A stretch of DNA of 64,000 nucleotides from an uncultured delta proteobacterium. GTDB lineage: Bacteria; Desulfobacterota; Desulfobacteria; Desulfobacterales; Desulfatirhabdiaceae. Shown piece by piece: positions 51,876 to 61,052 of the stretch. Each line of letters begins with the position of its first letter. The stretch's first letter is position 1. Where the stretch lies: the NCBI GenBank assembly GCA_963789395.1, contig CAWBKP010000011.1, positions 254,901 to 318,900 of the forward strand, written 5' to 3'. Both the position numbers and the translations under genes were made by a program. The notes under the pieces were generated by a model, which was given only the letters and a program-made list of their open reading frames with translations, was not told where the DNA came from and made no database searches.

Positions 51876-52235
51876 ATGGAAAAGACGGAATTGAAGAGTT
51901 TCGGAAAACCCGACGAGGTTCGAGAAATCCCGAAAGGGCGGCTTGAACTCATCAGGATCGGCGAAAAGACAGTTGGTCGGGCCGTTTTAGAACCTGGGTG
52001 GCGGTGGGCGACTTCGGTTCAGCCCATTGCCAAGACAAAGAGCTGCGAAGCACCCCATTTCCAGTATCATGTGTCGGGAACACTGCGGGTACGCATGGAC
52101 GACGGCAGCGAGTTTGACTGCCGGGCCGGTGACGTTTCCCTGTTGCCTTCAGGCCACGATGCCTGGGTAGTGGGAGATGAGCCCGCGGTCATTGTGGATT
52201 TTCAGGGTATGATCGATTATGCTGCATCCCGATAG
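51876..52235 (+). CDS. cupin domain protein
   Basis: EPGWRW...SCEAPH..Y.VSG...PSGHDAWVVG; AGGAGG RBS. Confidence 0.85.
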   Translation: MEKTELKSFGKPDEVREIPKGRLELIRIGEKTVGRAVLEPGWRWATSVQPIAKTKSCEAPHFQYHVSGTLRVRMDDGSEFDCRAGDVSLLPSGHDAWVVGDEPAVIVDFQGMIDYAASR

Positions 52236-52564
52236 CGGTTCATAGCCTATTGCCGCAAATACCGATATATGGATATCGATGACACCCTATCCTCAGGATT
52301 GAATCTGATATGTTGTTTTCAGGTCCAATCCTTGAGGGTGTATATTTTTAAATAAATGGCGCGAAAGGCTGCAAGGCTTAAGTTCATGGCGCGCTATTTC
52401 CATATTGCAGGCAATACAACTTTATGGTAGCGTCACAGTTATGGTTGCTTGTCCTGAGGGAGCGGTGGTTTCCATGAACGGCATGGGCCGAAGAGGCCAA
52501 TGACCCACTTGGCCGCATCCAGGACGGACCGCATTGCTATCATCACAATAGACAGGAGACACGC

Positions 52565-52861
52565 ATGCATAGCCGATTTTTCATGTTCATTATGGCGTCA
52601 ATGGTGTCCGCGCTGCTGTTTGCAGGCGTGGCAGGTGCCCAAGATTACCCTATTATGGACATGATCGCCAACAAAGTCATTCAAAAGTATCAGCAGTCGA
52701 GCTGCGAGCAGCTGTGGAAAAAGAAAGGCCAGCCTAAATCGGAAATGGAGCAGGGAGCCGTTCAGATGCTGCAGAATGACCCCCAGATGCGCCAGGCATT
52801 CATCAACAAAGTCGCGGCTCCCATTGCAAACAAGATGTTTGAATGCGGGTTACTGCCATGA
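52565..52861 (+). CDS. small exported helical protein with two cysteines
   Basis: Signal peptide (AGA/Q); SSCEQLW...NKMFECG; AGGAG RBS. Confidence 0.75.
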   Translation: MHSRFFMFIMASMVSALLFAGVAGAQDYPIMDMIANKVIQKYQQSSCEQLWKKKGQPKSEMEQGAVQMLQNDPQMRQAFINKVAAPIANKMFECGLLP

Positions 52862-52908
52862 GCGGCCCCTGCGGAGGAACCCAATTGCATCACCTGCACG
52901 GGGGCAGG

Positions 52909-53798
52909 ATGCATCGGATCCTGGCGCTCGGGCGAGCGCTGTTTGGCGCGCTCGTGCTGGTCGCTTTTCTGACCGCCAACGCAAATGCCCAGCAGTCTCC
53001 AAAAGCACCGAAGGCATCCAAGCCCGCCAAATCGCAAAGCAAGGTTGAGGCGCCGCCCGAGGTCCAGCTTGTTATAGAACCCAAGGCCATCGACATTCTA
53101 AAGGCCTCCTGCAGCCGCCTTGCCGCCGCCCGCACGATGGGCTTTACGGCCGTGGTCTCCTACGAGAGCCCGAGTCTTCTTGGCCCGCCCCTTGTTTACA
53201 CGACGCAGTCCGAAGTCACCCTGCAGCGGCCCGACAAGCTGCGGGTGATCACGCCCGGAGACGGTCCGGCTTCGGAGTTCTACTATAACGGCAAAACCAT
53301 GACGGCCTTTGCCCCGGCCGAGAACCTGGTCGCCGTTGCCGAAGCACCGACTACGATCGATGCGGCGCTGAAGGCGCCTTTGACGCCGCGGCGATCTATT
53401 TTCCGTTCGCGGACGTGATGGTGGCCGACCCTTACAAGGATCTGTCCGAAGGGATGATCCTTGCCTTTTATATCGGCCAGTCCCAGATCGTCGGCGGAAC
53501 GACGACCGACATGGTGGCATTTGCCAACAACGACGTGTTCATACAGATATGGATCGGTGCAGAGGACAAACTGCCCCGGAGAATACGCGGGGTATACCGA
53601 AATGACCTGGCGCATCTTCGCCATGACCTGGAGCTGTCCAACTGGCAGCTCGATGCGGCTGTCTCTGAGAACGCCTTTGCTTCGGCAAGTGCAGGCAGCG
53701 CAAACCCCATGCCCTTTGCCCGTCCGGATGCAAAACGACCGGCAGATAGCCCCCCTGCAAAGAGCAAGCCGTCCAAAACCACGGGCAAAACCAAGTAA
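52909..53798 (+). CDS. DUF2092 family periplasmic protein (frameshifts ~53380-53420)
   Basis: Signal peptide; LQRPDKLRV, YYNGKT.T, AP.TID.AL and QIWI....LPRR motifs. Confidence 0.8.
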
Positions 53799-53811
53799 GG
53801 AGGAGCACACC

Positions 53812-54517
53812 ATGAAAACGATCTTGATTTGCCTTGTGGCGCTTGCACTCGCAGCGGTTCCGAGCGGACCGGCCGCAGGCTGGGGGCACGCCAACAGATA
53901 TGGCGGCAGTACATCGCATAGCTATGGATCCACAAGCCACACCAGCGCATGGGGCACCAGCACGTCTCACACCTATGGGGAAGGCACTTCCCATACCAAT
54001 GTATACGGCGGCAGCGCATCCCATGCCTATGGCGGCGGCTGGTCAAAGACCGGCGCCTATGGCGGAACGGCTTACGGCAACGCCCACTATGGGGGAGCGT
54101 ACTACCATCCGCCCGGAGCGTATCCTGCGTACCATCCGCCCGCCACCGTGAATTACTATGGTTCCGGGTGCTATAACTGCGGGGGCTGGTCCACCGCAGG
54201 GGCCGCAGCCGCAGGAGCCGCGGTCGGTCTGGTCACAGGCGCGGCCATTGCCTCGTCAAACACCGCAGCGGCGACATCCAGCGCCTACAGCGCAGGTGTT
54301 GCCGCCGGCAGCGCCAACACCTCTGCCGCATACTCTGCGGGGGTTGCCGCCGGCAGCGCAGGCGGTATATACCATGGGCGCGATCTATGGCACGCTGCCC
54401 GCAGGCTGCGCCGCACCCAGCATCCAGGGCACAACCTATTACCTGTGCGGCAACACCTGGTTCAAGCCGTCCTACGGCGCCAACGGCGTCTACTATGTCG
54501 TGGTGCCTACGCCCTGA
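53812..54517 (+). CDS. exported Gly/Ser/Tyr/His-rich repeat protein with C-terminal LP.GC...YY domain (frameshift ~54360)
   Basis: AGGAGG RBS, signal peptide, SH[ST]YG-type repeats; C-terminus TLPAGC...YYLCGNTWFKPSYGANGVYYVVVPTP in ORF 54158..54517. Confidence 0.75.
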
Positions 54518-54624
54518 CAGGCCACTGGCAAAAAACTGCCGCCAGCCTTGACCGTGAATCGCTTTTGGTGAAATCGGCCTTTTTTTATTGTTTTTATCGT
54601 GTGATTCGAATCTTCCCTGGCCTC

Positions 54625-54708
54625 CTTCTGGAAAGGAGCGCCAGGGGATTTTCATACCGCTCTCCTTTGGAAAAATCCCCATTGACTCCTCTTTACCGAA
54701 ATGGAAAG
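54625..54708. repeat. degenerate family C repeat
   Basis: GGAAAGGAGCGCCAGGGGATTT...AAAAATCCCCATTGACTCCTCTTT resembles 10973-11090. Confidence 0.5.
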
Positions 54709-54795
54709 ATAACGTTTTGTGGTTTATTCCTCAACAAACTCATCACCAATGCCTTCAAGCATGCTTTTCCGGCTGGAAGAAAGGGAGAACTGAGA
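54709..54795 (+). pseudogene. fragment of a HisKA_2-type histidine kinase ATPase domain (N-box)
   Basis: ITFCGLFLNKLITNAFKHAFPAGRKGELR resembles the consensus CGLIxNELxTNAxKHAFP...G.I. Confidence 0.65.
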
Positions 54796-54894
54796 GGCAT
54801 CCAACCCTTTTTGAGCTGTGATTCCAACCGATTTGCCCGCGGCCGGGGCAGAAACAAGCACGATGTTTTATAAAAAATATTTTTCTGGAGAGCA

Positions 54895-56220
54895 GTGGCA
54901 ACAGAACCCGAAAAACAACGCCCGATACCTGAAACAAAAGAACAGCCTCAGGAGCAGAGCCGCACGCGTTTGTTCCTGAGGGCCCTTCGTTCCAGGAACT
55001 ACCGGCTTTTTGTCGCGGGTCAGGGTATTTCCCTGATCGGCACCTGGATGCAGCAGGTTGCCATGAGCTGGCTGGTTTACCGCCTGACAGGTTCGGCCAT
55101 GCTTCTGGGAATCGTTGGATTCACCAGCCAGATCCCCAGTTTCCTTCTGGCCCCGGTGGCAGGCGTTCTCGCTGACCGCTGGGAAAAGCGGCGCCTGCTT
55201 CTTGCCACGCAGTCTCTGGCGCTTACCCAGGCAGCGCTGCTTGCAGTCATTGTCCTGACCGGATTGGTGCAGATCTGGCACATCGTTCTGCTGAGCCTGT
55301 TTCTGGGAATTATCAGCGCATTCGATATTCCCGTACGGCAGTCTTTTGTCGTTCAGATGGTCGACTCCCGGGAGGACCTGAGCAACGCCATTGCCCTGAA
55401 CTCGTCCATGGTGCACGGCGCCAGACTCATCGGGCCGACCATTGCCGGTCTTCTCGTGGCCAGTGTCGGAGAAGGCGTTTGTTTTGCCATCAACAGCGCC
55501 AGTTATCTGGCTGTCATTACAGCACTTGCCGCCATGCGGATAACGCCGCAGCCGCCTCGTCTTCAGCGCCGGCATGTCCTGCAAGAACTCCACGAGGGAG
55601 TTCTCTACGCATCCGGCTCAAAGCCAATCCTGAGCATCATTCTGCTGCTGGGGCTGATCAGCCTTGTGGGAATGCCCTACTCGGTCCTGATCCCGGTATT
55701 TGCCAGAGAAGTCCTTCATGGAAATTCCCACACTTACGGTTTTCTGATGACCGCAACCGGCAGCGGTGCCTTCGCCGGTGCTTTTTATCTGGCATCCAGA
55801 AAGAGCGTTATCGGGCTAGGTATGGTCATTGTACGCGCTGCAATCTTTTTTGGAACCGGCATTGCAGTTTTCGCAATTTCAAACATCTTCGCCCTGTCAA
55901 TGCTTTCTCTGGTTCTGGCGGGCTTTGGGGGCATGACCCTGGTTGCATCATGCAACACCATTCTACAGACCATTGTCGATGAAGACAAACGCGGGCGGGT
56001 AATGAGCTTCTTCACCATGGCCTTCATCGGCATGGCGCCGTTCGGAAGTCTTATTGCCGGAGCCCTTGCGGGCAGAATCGGCGCGAAGGAAACCGTATTT
56101 ATCGGCGGCATGTGCTGCCTGGCGGGCGGCATGATTTTCTTCAGGCGGCTACCGCTGCTCCGTGCAATCGTCAGACCGATCTATATCGACAAGGGCATCA
56201 TCCGCCGCTCATCGGGATGA
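54895..56220 (+). CDS. MFS transporter (MFS_3/DUF894-like)
   Basis: RNYRLFVAGQGISLIGTWMQ, GVLADRWEKRRLL and RGRVMS; ~12 TMs. Confidence 0.9.
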   Translation: MATEPEKQRPIPETKEQPQEQSRTRLFLRALRSRNYRLFVAGQGISLIGTWMQQVAMSWLVYRLTGSAMLLGIVGFTSQIPSFLLAPVAGVLADRWEKRRLLLATQSLALTQAALLAVIVLTGLVQIWHIVLLSLFLGIISAFDIPVRQSFVVQMVDSREDLSNAIALNSSMVHGARLIGPTIAGLLVASVGEGVCFAINSASYLAVITALAAMRITPQPPRLQRRHVLQELHEGVLYASGSKPILSIILLLGLISLVGMPYSVLIPVFAREVLHGNSHTYGFLMTATGSGAFAGAFYLASRKSVIGLGMVIVRAAIFFGTGIAVFAISNIFALSMLSLVLAGFGGMTLVASCNTILQTIVDEDKRGRVMSFFTMAFIGMAPFGSLIAGALAGRIGAKETVFIGGMCCLAGGMIFFRRLPLLRAIVRPIYIDKGIIRRSSG

Positions 56221-56395
56221 CGTTTTTTTCTCGGCACTGCCAAAAGCTCCACCACCGCCGCTTCCCCCATAAATTATCATCCCCAAAATTTGAATATTCA
56301 ATGTTTTTATAGAGAAATCATTATTATATCAAAGCATTGATCTCCATCGTGAGACAACCAGATTTTAACAAAAAACCATAAGGAGGTTTCATCAA

Positions 56396-56755
56396 ATGAA
56401 ATTATTCGCATTTTTAATGCGTGGGCTTGATGACAATGATATCAACCGGACCCGCCTTTGCAGGACCGGTTGACTGGTGCTTTAATCATATTGGTTACGC
56501 ACTTGATAAAATGTTGATGGAAACACATCAAAATTGGAGGTGGCAAAAACCGAGATTCGGATGTTGGGTCAGTCAGTTAATGAAAAACTTCAATCGATGA
56601 TCACCAGCGCCAATTTAACGGCGCTTGGCTCATTCGGTGTTTCATTCCTGCTTGCTGGGATCTTCATCGATAAAATCAGAAAGGGTTTAAAAACTCTCTG
56701 GCTGAAGGTTTATAAATTGAAACAGGTATCGGCAGAAACGGCGACGAAGCTGTAA
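56396..56755 (+). CDS. possible small exported/membrane protein (frameshifted)
   Basis: AGGAGG RBS, then MKLFAFL/CVGLMTMISTGPAFA signal-like sequence after one indel; C-terminal hydrophobic helix in ORF 56534..56755. Confidence 0.35.
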
Positions 56756-57308
56756 CTCCAGTCATCGCCACTGCTCAAAATGGAGTGGCGATATGTTTTT
56801 TCCCCGCATTTCAGAACAAATAGGGAAAATTCCCGACTGGGAGAATCTCCCAGATAAAATGAAGCTTTTTCCCTATAGACATAATTTATAAAGAGTTTAG
56901 AATAATTCACAATTAAAATCAGCATTCAATTCACAACTTACCGTAGATTTAACATTCGTATTATCGTCATCCGTATCCAGGTGGCATAATTTTAACTTAA
57001 TAACTATCCATTGAAAGCCTTCCTCATAAAATAGGCATTTATGTTTATTTTCAAGTTGTTGTAAATTCCACCCAACCTCGTGTTCCTTTTCTGAATTGTG
57101 AATTTTGTATTTCAATCAATGATACCAAGACTATTCATGAAGAACATTTAGACAAAAATGTTTGGAGTGGAAAAATGAAATGGGAAATTCATAACGTACT
57201 GATATGAAGCCTCCATAGGGGTCAGTCCCTTGTGGAGGCGTAAGTTATTCCCTTAAACAATTCCCCAGATTAAGAAAAATATTCCAGTTAATTAAAAGGA
57301 GTCAAAAT

Positions 57309-57632
57309 ATGCCATACATCATATTTTCATCATTGTATCCGAGTGATAAAGTTCAAGAAGTTGGGAAAAGATATCTTGAGGCCATAACTAAATATCCCCC
57401 AAATGAAAAATTGGCAACTCCTCTTGTCCCAGTCGCAGTGAAAGGCACACATCAGGGTATACAAGTAATGGGGATTTCGGAGGTAAAGAAGGGGAAGCTG
57501 GAAGAGGCTTATATGTATTCGGTAAATATGATGTCTATGTTCCACAACATTCCTGGGTTTGAATATAAGGTTGATATTCATCTTAACCTTGAAGAAGCCA
57601 TGGGAGTTATCGGTATGAAATTGCCCGGTTAA
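57309..57632 (+). CDS. small hypothetical alpha/beta protein
   Basis: 107 aa, AGGAG RBS, beta-alpha-beta-beta-alpha-beta-like pattern. Confidence 0.7.
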   Translation: MPYIIFSSLYPSDKVQEVGKRYLEAITKYPPNEKLATPLVPVAVKGTHQGIQVMGISEVKKGKLEEAYMYSVNMMSMFHNIPGFEYKVDIHLNLEEAMGVIGMKLPG

Positions 57633-57751
57633 CTCATCGAGTTATAAACAAAAGTTGTGTTTGAGTAAGTGTGTGGTGAATCCATCGGTTGATTGTTGCC
57701 AGAGAGTCGACCGACCACTTTTAAAGGGTAAAAAAGGAAAGGAGAGGTCAC

Positions 57752-58072
57752 ATGCCTAAGTATCTTATTCGAGGTTCATATACTGAGCAGGGTCTGAAGG
57801 GGCTACTTAAAGAAGGCGGCTCCAAACGACGGGAAGCAGTAGAGCAATTATTCAAAGCAGTAGGTGGGACACTGGAAACATTCTACTTTGCCTTTGGCGA
57901 AAATGACATATTTATTATTGCAAATGCACCGAGCAACGTGGATGCCACCGCCCTCTCGCTTATCGTTAACGCATCTGGGGCAGTCAAGGTTAACGTCACT
58001 GTCCTGATTACTCTTGAAGAAGTCGATCAGGCTATTAAAAAAACAGTCAAATACCGCCCCCCAGGCCAATAA
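57752..58072 (+). CDS. GYD domain protein
   Basis: KYLI..SYT..G.KGL..EGGSKRR......GG.LE.FYFAFGE.D. Confidence 0.85.
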   Translation: MPKYLIRGSYTEQGLKGLLKEGGSKRREAVEQLFKAVGGTLETFYFAFGENDIFIIANAPSNVDATALSLIVNASGAVKVNVTVLITLEEVDQAIKKTVKYRPPGQ

Positions 58073-58361
58073 TTATTTCAGCCCCAATATGAACATTTAA
58101 TCTTTGTTGTGTCCACTTTTATAAACTTGAATGCAAGGAGGAGCCATCATGGGAAGATACTTATTGTTATGGGAAGCTGATGAGACCAAAATACCTCTCG
58201 ATCCTAAAGTTCGACAGGAAAGCTGGCTTGCAGCTTGTGAAATGGTCAAGAAAGATTTCAAAAGCGGCATAATCAAGGACTGGGGAGTTTTTCTAGGCCA
58301 AGCCAAAGGCTTTGCTATCGATGAAGGGACAGAAGAGGAGATACAAAAACTTATATTACAA

Positions 58362-59744
58362 CTAAACTTTCGCAGTTAATGGTTCTTTGAAACTGAACAA
58401 GGCGTCCTCAATAATATCAATCAGTTTGATAACGTACTTGTACTCGATTCTATTCAAAAAAAGGTCTATTGACTTGAACATTGTGTGTTTGATCTGCTCC
58501 CAGAGCTGGTTGGCAACCTGCAGCATCAGTTCGGTATCCGACACATCCCGGAACAGTGGACCCAGAGGGCCGATTATTCGACTGTTGTTCATGAGGTAAA
58601 TCAAGAAAAGGTAGCGGATCATCATCACGCTATAGCCGGCAACGGCAGCATCAAATGTTTTGCTTTGCTCTTTACCCAGATAAAGCATTTGTTTGGCATC
58701 TTTAAAGAAAACCTCTATGGCCCAGCGCCTGGAGTAGTAGCCCACGATCTGGGAGGCATCCAGACTCAGATCTGTGGCAAGAAACCCATGCCATTTTTTA
58801 TGGCCATCTGATGTGAACAGCAGTTTCACCTCTCCGGTTTCGGGCAGGCTGACAATCAGGCAGCAACCTTTGATCGGATAGCCGGCTATCCAGCGCTGTT
58901 GCTTTTTTGCGAAATGCTTCCAGAGCTCCTTCAGGGTGTAATCCTTTCCCTGATATTGGTATTTGACGTTGCCATTTTTCAATCGGCAAACGACGTTATA
59001 GCCTGTGGTAACGACCTTATTGATGATCGAATCGTATGAAAACCATGAATCAAATAGAACACAAGCTGCATCGATTCCCGAATTGTATGCATTTTGCAAC
59101 ATCTGGGTCAACATGTCGGTTTTCTTTTTTAAGGCTTCCTGTCGCCTTTTCCAGCCGCAGGTCCGCTTATCAATCTTGCGCAGATTGGTGTTCGGGCGTT
59201 TTTGGGATGTGTAAAAAGCCACATCCAGGGGGAAAAACTGGATTCCGTTATGATAACCGATCTGTAAGCATTGGTAGCCCAATGTGTTGCGGTGCTCTTT
59301 GTGATCAAAATGATAGCTGACCAGCTCCATCTTTTTACCGGTTTTATTGCTGATGGTATCATCTGCGATGATCACTTTTTGTTGAAGCGGTGTCTGATCC
59401 GCCTGTGCAATCACTTTAGTGGCAAGTTTGTAAATCAGCTTTCGCCAGTTGAAACGCTCGTTATTTAAAAACCGGTAGTACGTATCTTTTTTGGCATCAA
59501 GTTCTTTTGTGACATGTTTGGACAACCAGAGGGAAGTCATAGGCTTTTTAAGAAATGGAACCAGGACAATCCATAATAAGAGGGTCATGGTATCGATTCC
59601 TTTCTCTTTGAATATGCCACAGCTATGTAAAAGAGAGCCTATCTTCAAATGCTTAAAGGCCATACGAAAATCATAATCAAGCACACGAGGTTTGGCTGAA
59701 AAATGTTTTTGCAAAGACAGCGAGAAAGATTTAGGATATTTCAT
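58362..59744 (-). CDS. IS4-like DDE transposase
   Basis: IADDT, LFDSWF and YSRRWAIEVFFKDAKQML (Y-R-E-K motif). Confidence 0.92.
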   Translation of the reverse strand: MKYPKSFSLSLQKHFSAKPRVLDYDFRMAFKHLKIGSLLHSCGIFKEKGIDTMTLLLWIVLVPFLKKPMTSLWLSKHVTKELDAKKDTYYRFLNNERFNWRKLIYKLATKVIAQADQTPLQQKVIIADDTISNKTGKKMELVSYHFDHKEHRNTLGYQCLQIGYHNGIQFFPLDVAFYTSQKRPNTNLRKIDKRTCGWKRRQEALKKKTDMLTQMLQNAYNSGIDAACVLFDSWFSYDSIINKVVTTGYNVVCRLKNGNVKYQYQGKDYTLKELWKHFAKKQQRWIAGYPIKGCCLIVSLPETGEVKLLFTSDGHKKWHGFLATDLSLDASQIVGYYSRRWAIEVFFKDAKQMLYLGKEQSKTFDAAVAGYSVMMIRYLFLIYLMNNSRIIGPLGPLFRDVSDTELMLQVANQLWEQIKHTMFKSIDLFLNRIEYKYVIKLIDIIEDALFSFKEPLTAKV

Positions 59745-59874
59745 AGCGGCTCCTTATTTGGAATAAGTTGAATAACTTAGCAGTATCAACCATACCAAAT
59801 TTGGAGCCGTTTTTCAATTAAAAAGTTAATTATATCATATAATTATATGCATATTTTGATGTGCGAAACTTCAG
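58362..59874 (-). mobile_element. IS4-like insertion sequence, 1513 bp
   Basis: Ends CTAAACTTTCGCA / TGCGAAACTTCAG; 6-bp target duplication TTACAA at 58356-58361 and 59875-59880. Confidence 0.9.
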
Positions 59875-59969
59875 TTACAATATATCCCCTATTTCCGCTT
59901 CAAAGTAATTCCAATCCGGACAATTGATCAACATATAGAGGCCTTAAAAAATATAAAATAATCATAAAA

Positions 59970-60007
59970 TTAATGGGGGGCATTCACTTGTTAGTGTCCC
60001 CCATTAA
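59970..60007. terminator. hairpin, likely terminator between convergent genes
   Basis: TTAATGGGGGGCATT-loop-AGTGTCCCCCATTAA just after the restored stop at 59961. Confidence 0.55.
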
Positions 60008-60105
60008 GAGGCGGGTTCCTGCGCCAGGTAGCACAGGATCAATCACCAAATCACCACAAAATGCTCCAGCCGTCTGTCAGGCTGTTATGGTTCCGGTATC
60101 TCTGT

Positions 60106-60582
60106 TCATCCCTTCTCAATTACTCTTGACTCCGGCTCAGCTTTCCATAACCGGTAACTTACCTCAACGCCTTCGGGCACATACACCACAATGGGCAAAC
60201 GGCTGTTGTAACGGATGAGAAATGCCTCGCCGCCGAGCGTGATGAAACGGTTCACCTTTGGCGCGTTTGGGTCAATCGCCATCAGCGTGCCTGCCATCTG
60301 ACCCAGTGTGCTGACATTGTAACGTGGGAATCCCCAGCCACTGATCATTTCTTCTTCGATTTTGCCTGTGTAAAAATATTTATTTCCCTCGTCTACCCGG
60401 ACCTTTTTCCCGACGATCAGTTCCACTTTATAAACGGATTCATCGTCATGTTTGGGAAGATGAAGTACATGTCGAACCATTCCATCCGAGGCAGGTGGAA
60501 AAGCCTTCATGTTGTCCGCCGCCAGGACAGATAATATTGCAGAAAGAAACAGCAGGGCTGTGAGTGACCATATTTTTTTCAT
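60106..60582 (-). CDS. eco: ecotin family serine protease inhibitor
   Basis: Signal peptide; AFP....GM.R.V..LP, KVELIVGK, GWGF, GTLMA and RYNSRLPIVVYVP...EV.YR.W. Confidence 0.88.
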   Translation of the reverse strand: MKKIWSLTALLFLSAILSVLAADNMKAFPPASDGMVRHVLHLPKHDDESVYKVELIVGKKVRVDEGNKYFYTGKIEEEMISGWGFPRYNVSTLGQMAGTLMAIDPNAPKVNRFITLGGEAFLIRYNSRLPIVVYVPEGVEVSYRLWKAEPESRVIEKG

Positions 60583-60749
60583 AAGCAAATATTTTTCCAG
60601 CATACCATTTCTGTACAAAAAACCCCTCATAGATCTCGCCGGTAAAAAAATCATTTAACAACAAAACTCTGAATAAATCCGATCAATTTCCCATTTTGTT
60701 TATGTGTTGAAATTGTTACACATAAGATTTTATCTTTCCGTTTTGATTT

Positions 60750-60989
60750 GTATTAATTAGTTTCACGTCCCCAGCTTTCATTTCAGCAAAAATCATGTCA
60801 ATTTTCTCAATGCTTTCTGGTTTTTTATGACAAGACCGTCTGTCCATGCCGATATATTCCGGTTTTCGGTCAACGATCTGGGCACTGTACTCGTTATAAT
60901 ATCAGATTCTGCCATCAAGATCTGTTACAGTGATGCGAACAGGTATTTGATCCAAGACAGACCCTAAATCATTGCCGTGTATGTTTCAT
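60750..60989 (-). pseudogene. small stand-alone PAS-domain gene, disrupted
   Basis: Manual translation VLDQIPVRITVTDLDGRI*YYNEYSAQIVDRKPEYIG....CHKKPESIEKIDMIFAEMKAG; TGA at 60902-60904. Confidence 0.65.
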
Positions 60990-61052
60990 CCTTTATTTTA
61001 ATCGCAAATATATAATTTCCCCCATTTGTCTGAGCCATGATAACATTATTAT

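Larger units (their letters stand above)
58149..59961 (+). pseudogene. 97-aa hypothetical (DUF3303-like) gene interrupted by an IS4-like element
   Basis: Removing 58362-59880 restores one frame: MGRYLLLWE...IQKLILQ|YIPYFRFKVIPIRTIDQHIEALKNIK*. Confidence 0.85.

Noticed and set aside
294..54517. About 15 frameshifted genes as mass pseudogenisation or programmed frameshifting
   Set aside because: The breaks are single-base indels, often in short homopolymers, with no substitution stops and intact motifs on both sides. This fits unpolished long-read error; read polishing would decide.
53461..54873. 470-aa ORF as a single fusion protein
   Set aside because: The real start is at 53812 (RBS and signal peptide); the extension is indel-driven read-through into a repeat and a kinase relic.
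60902..60904. In-frame TGA as selenocysteine
   Set aside because: The position corresponds to a hydrophobic PAS strand residue, not Cys, and the gene has other lesions.
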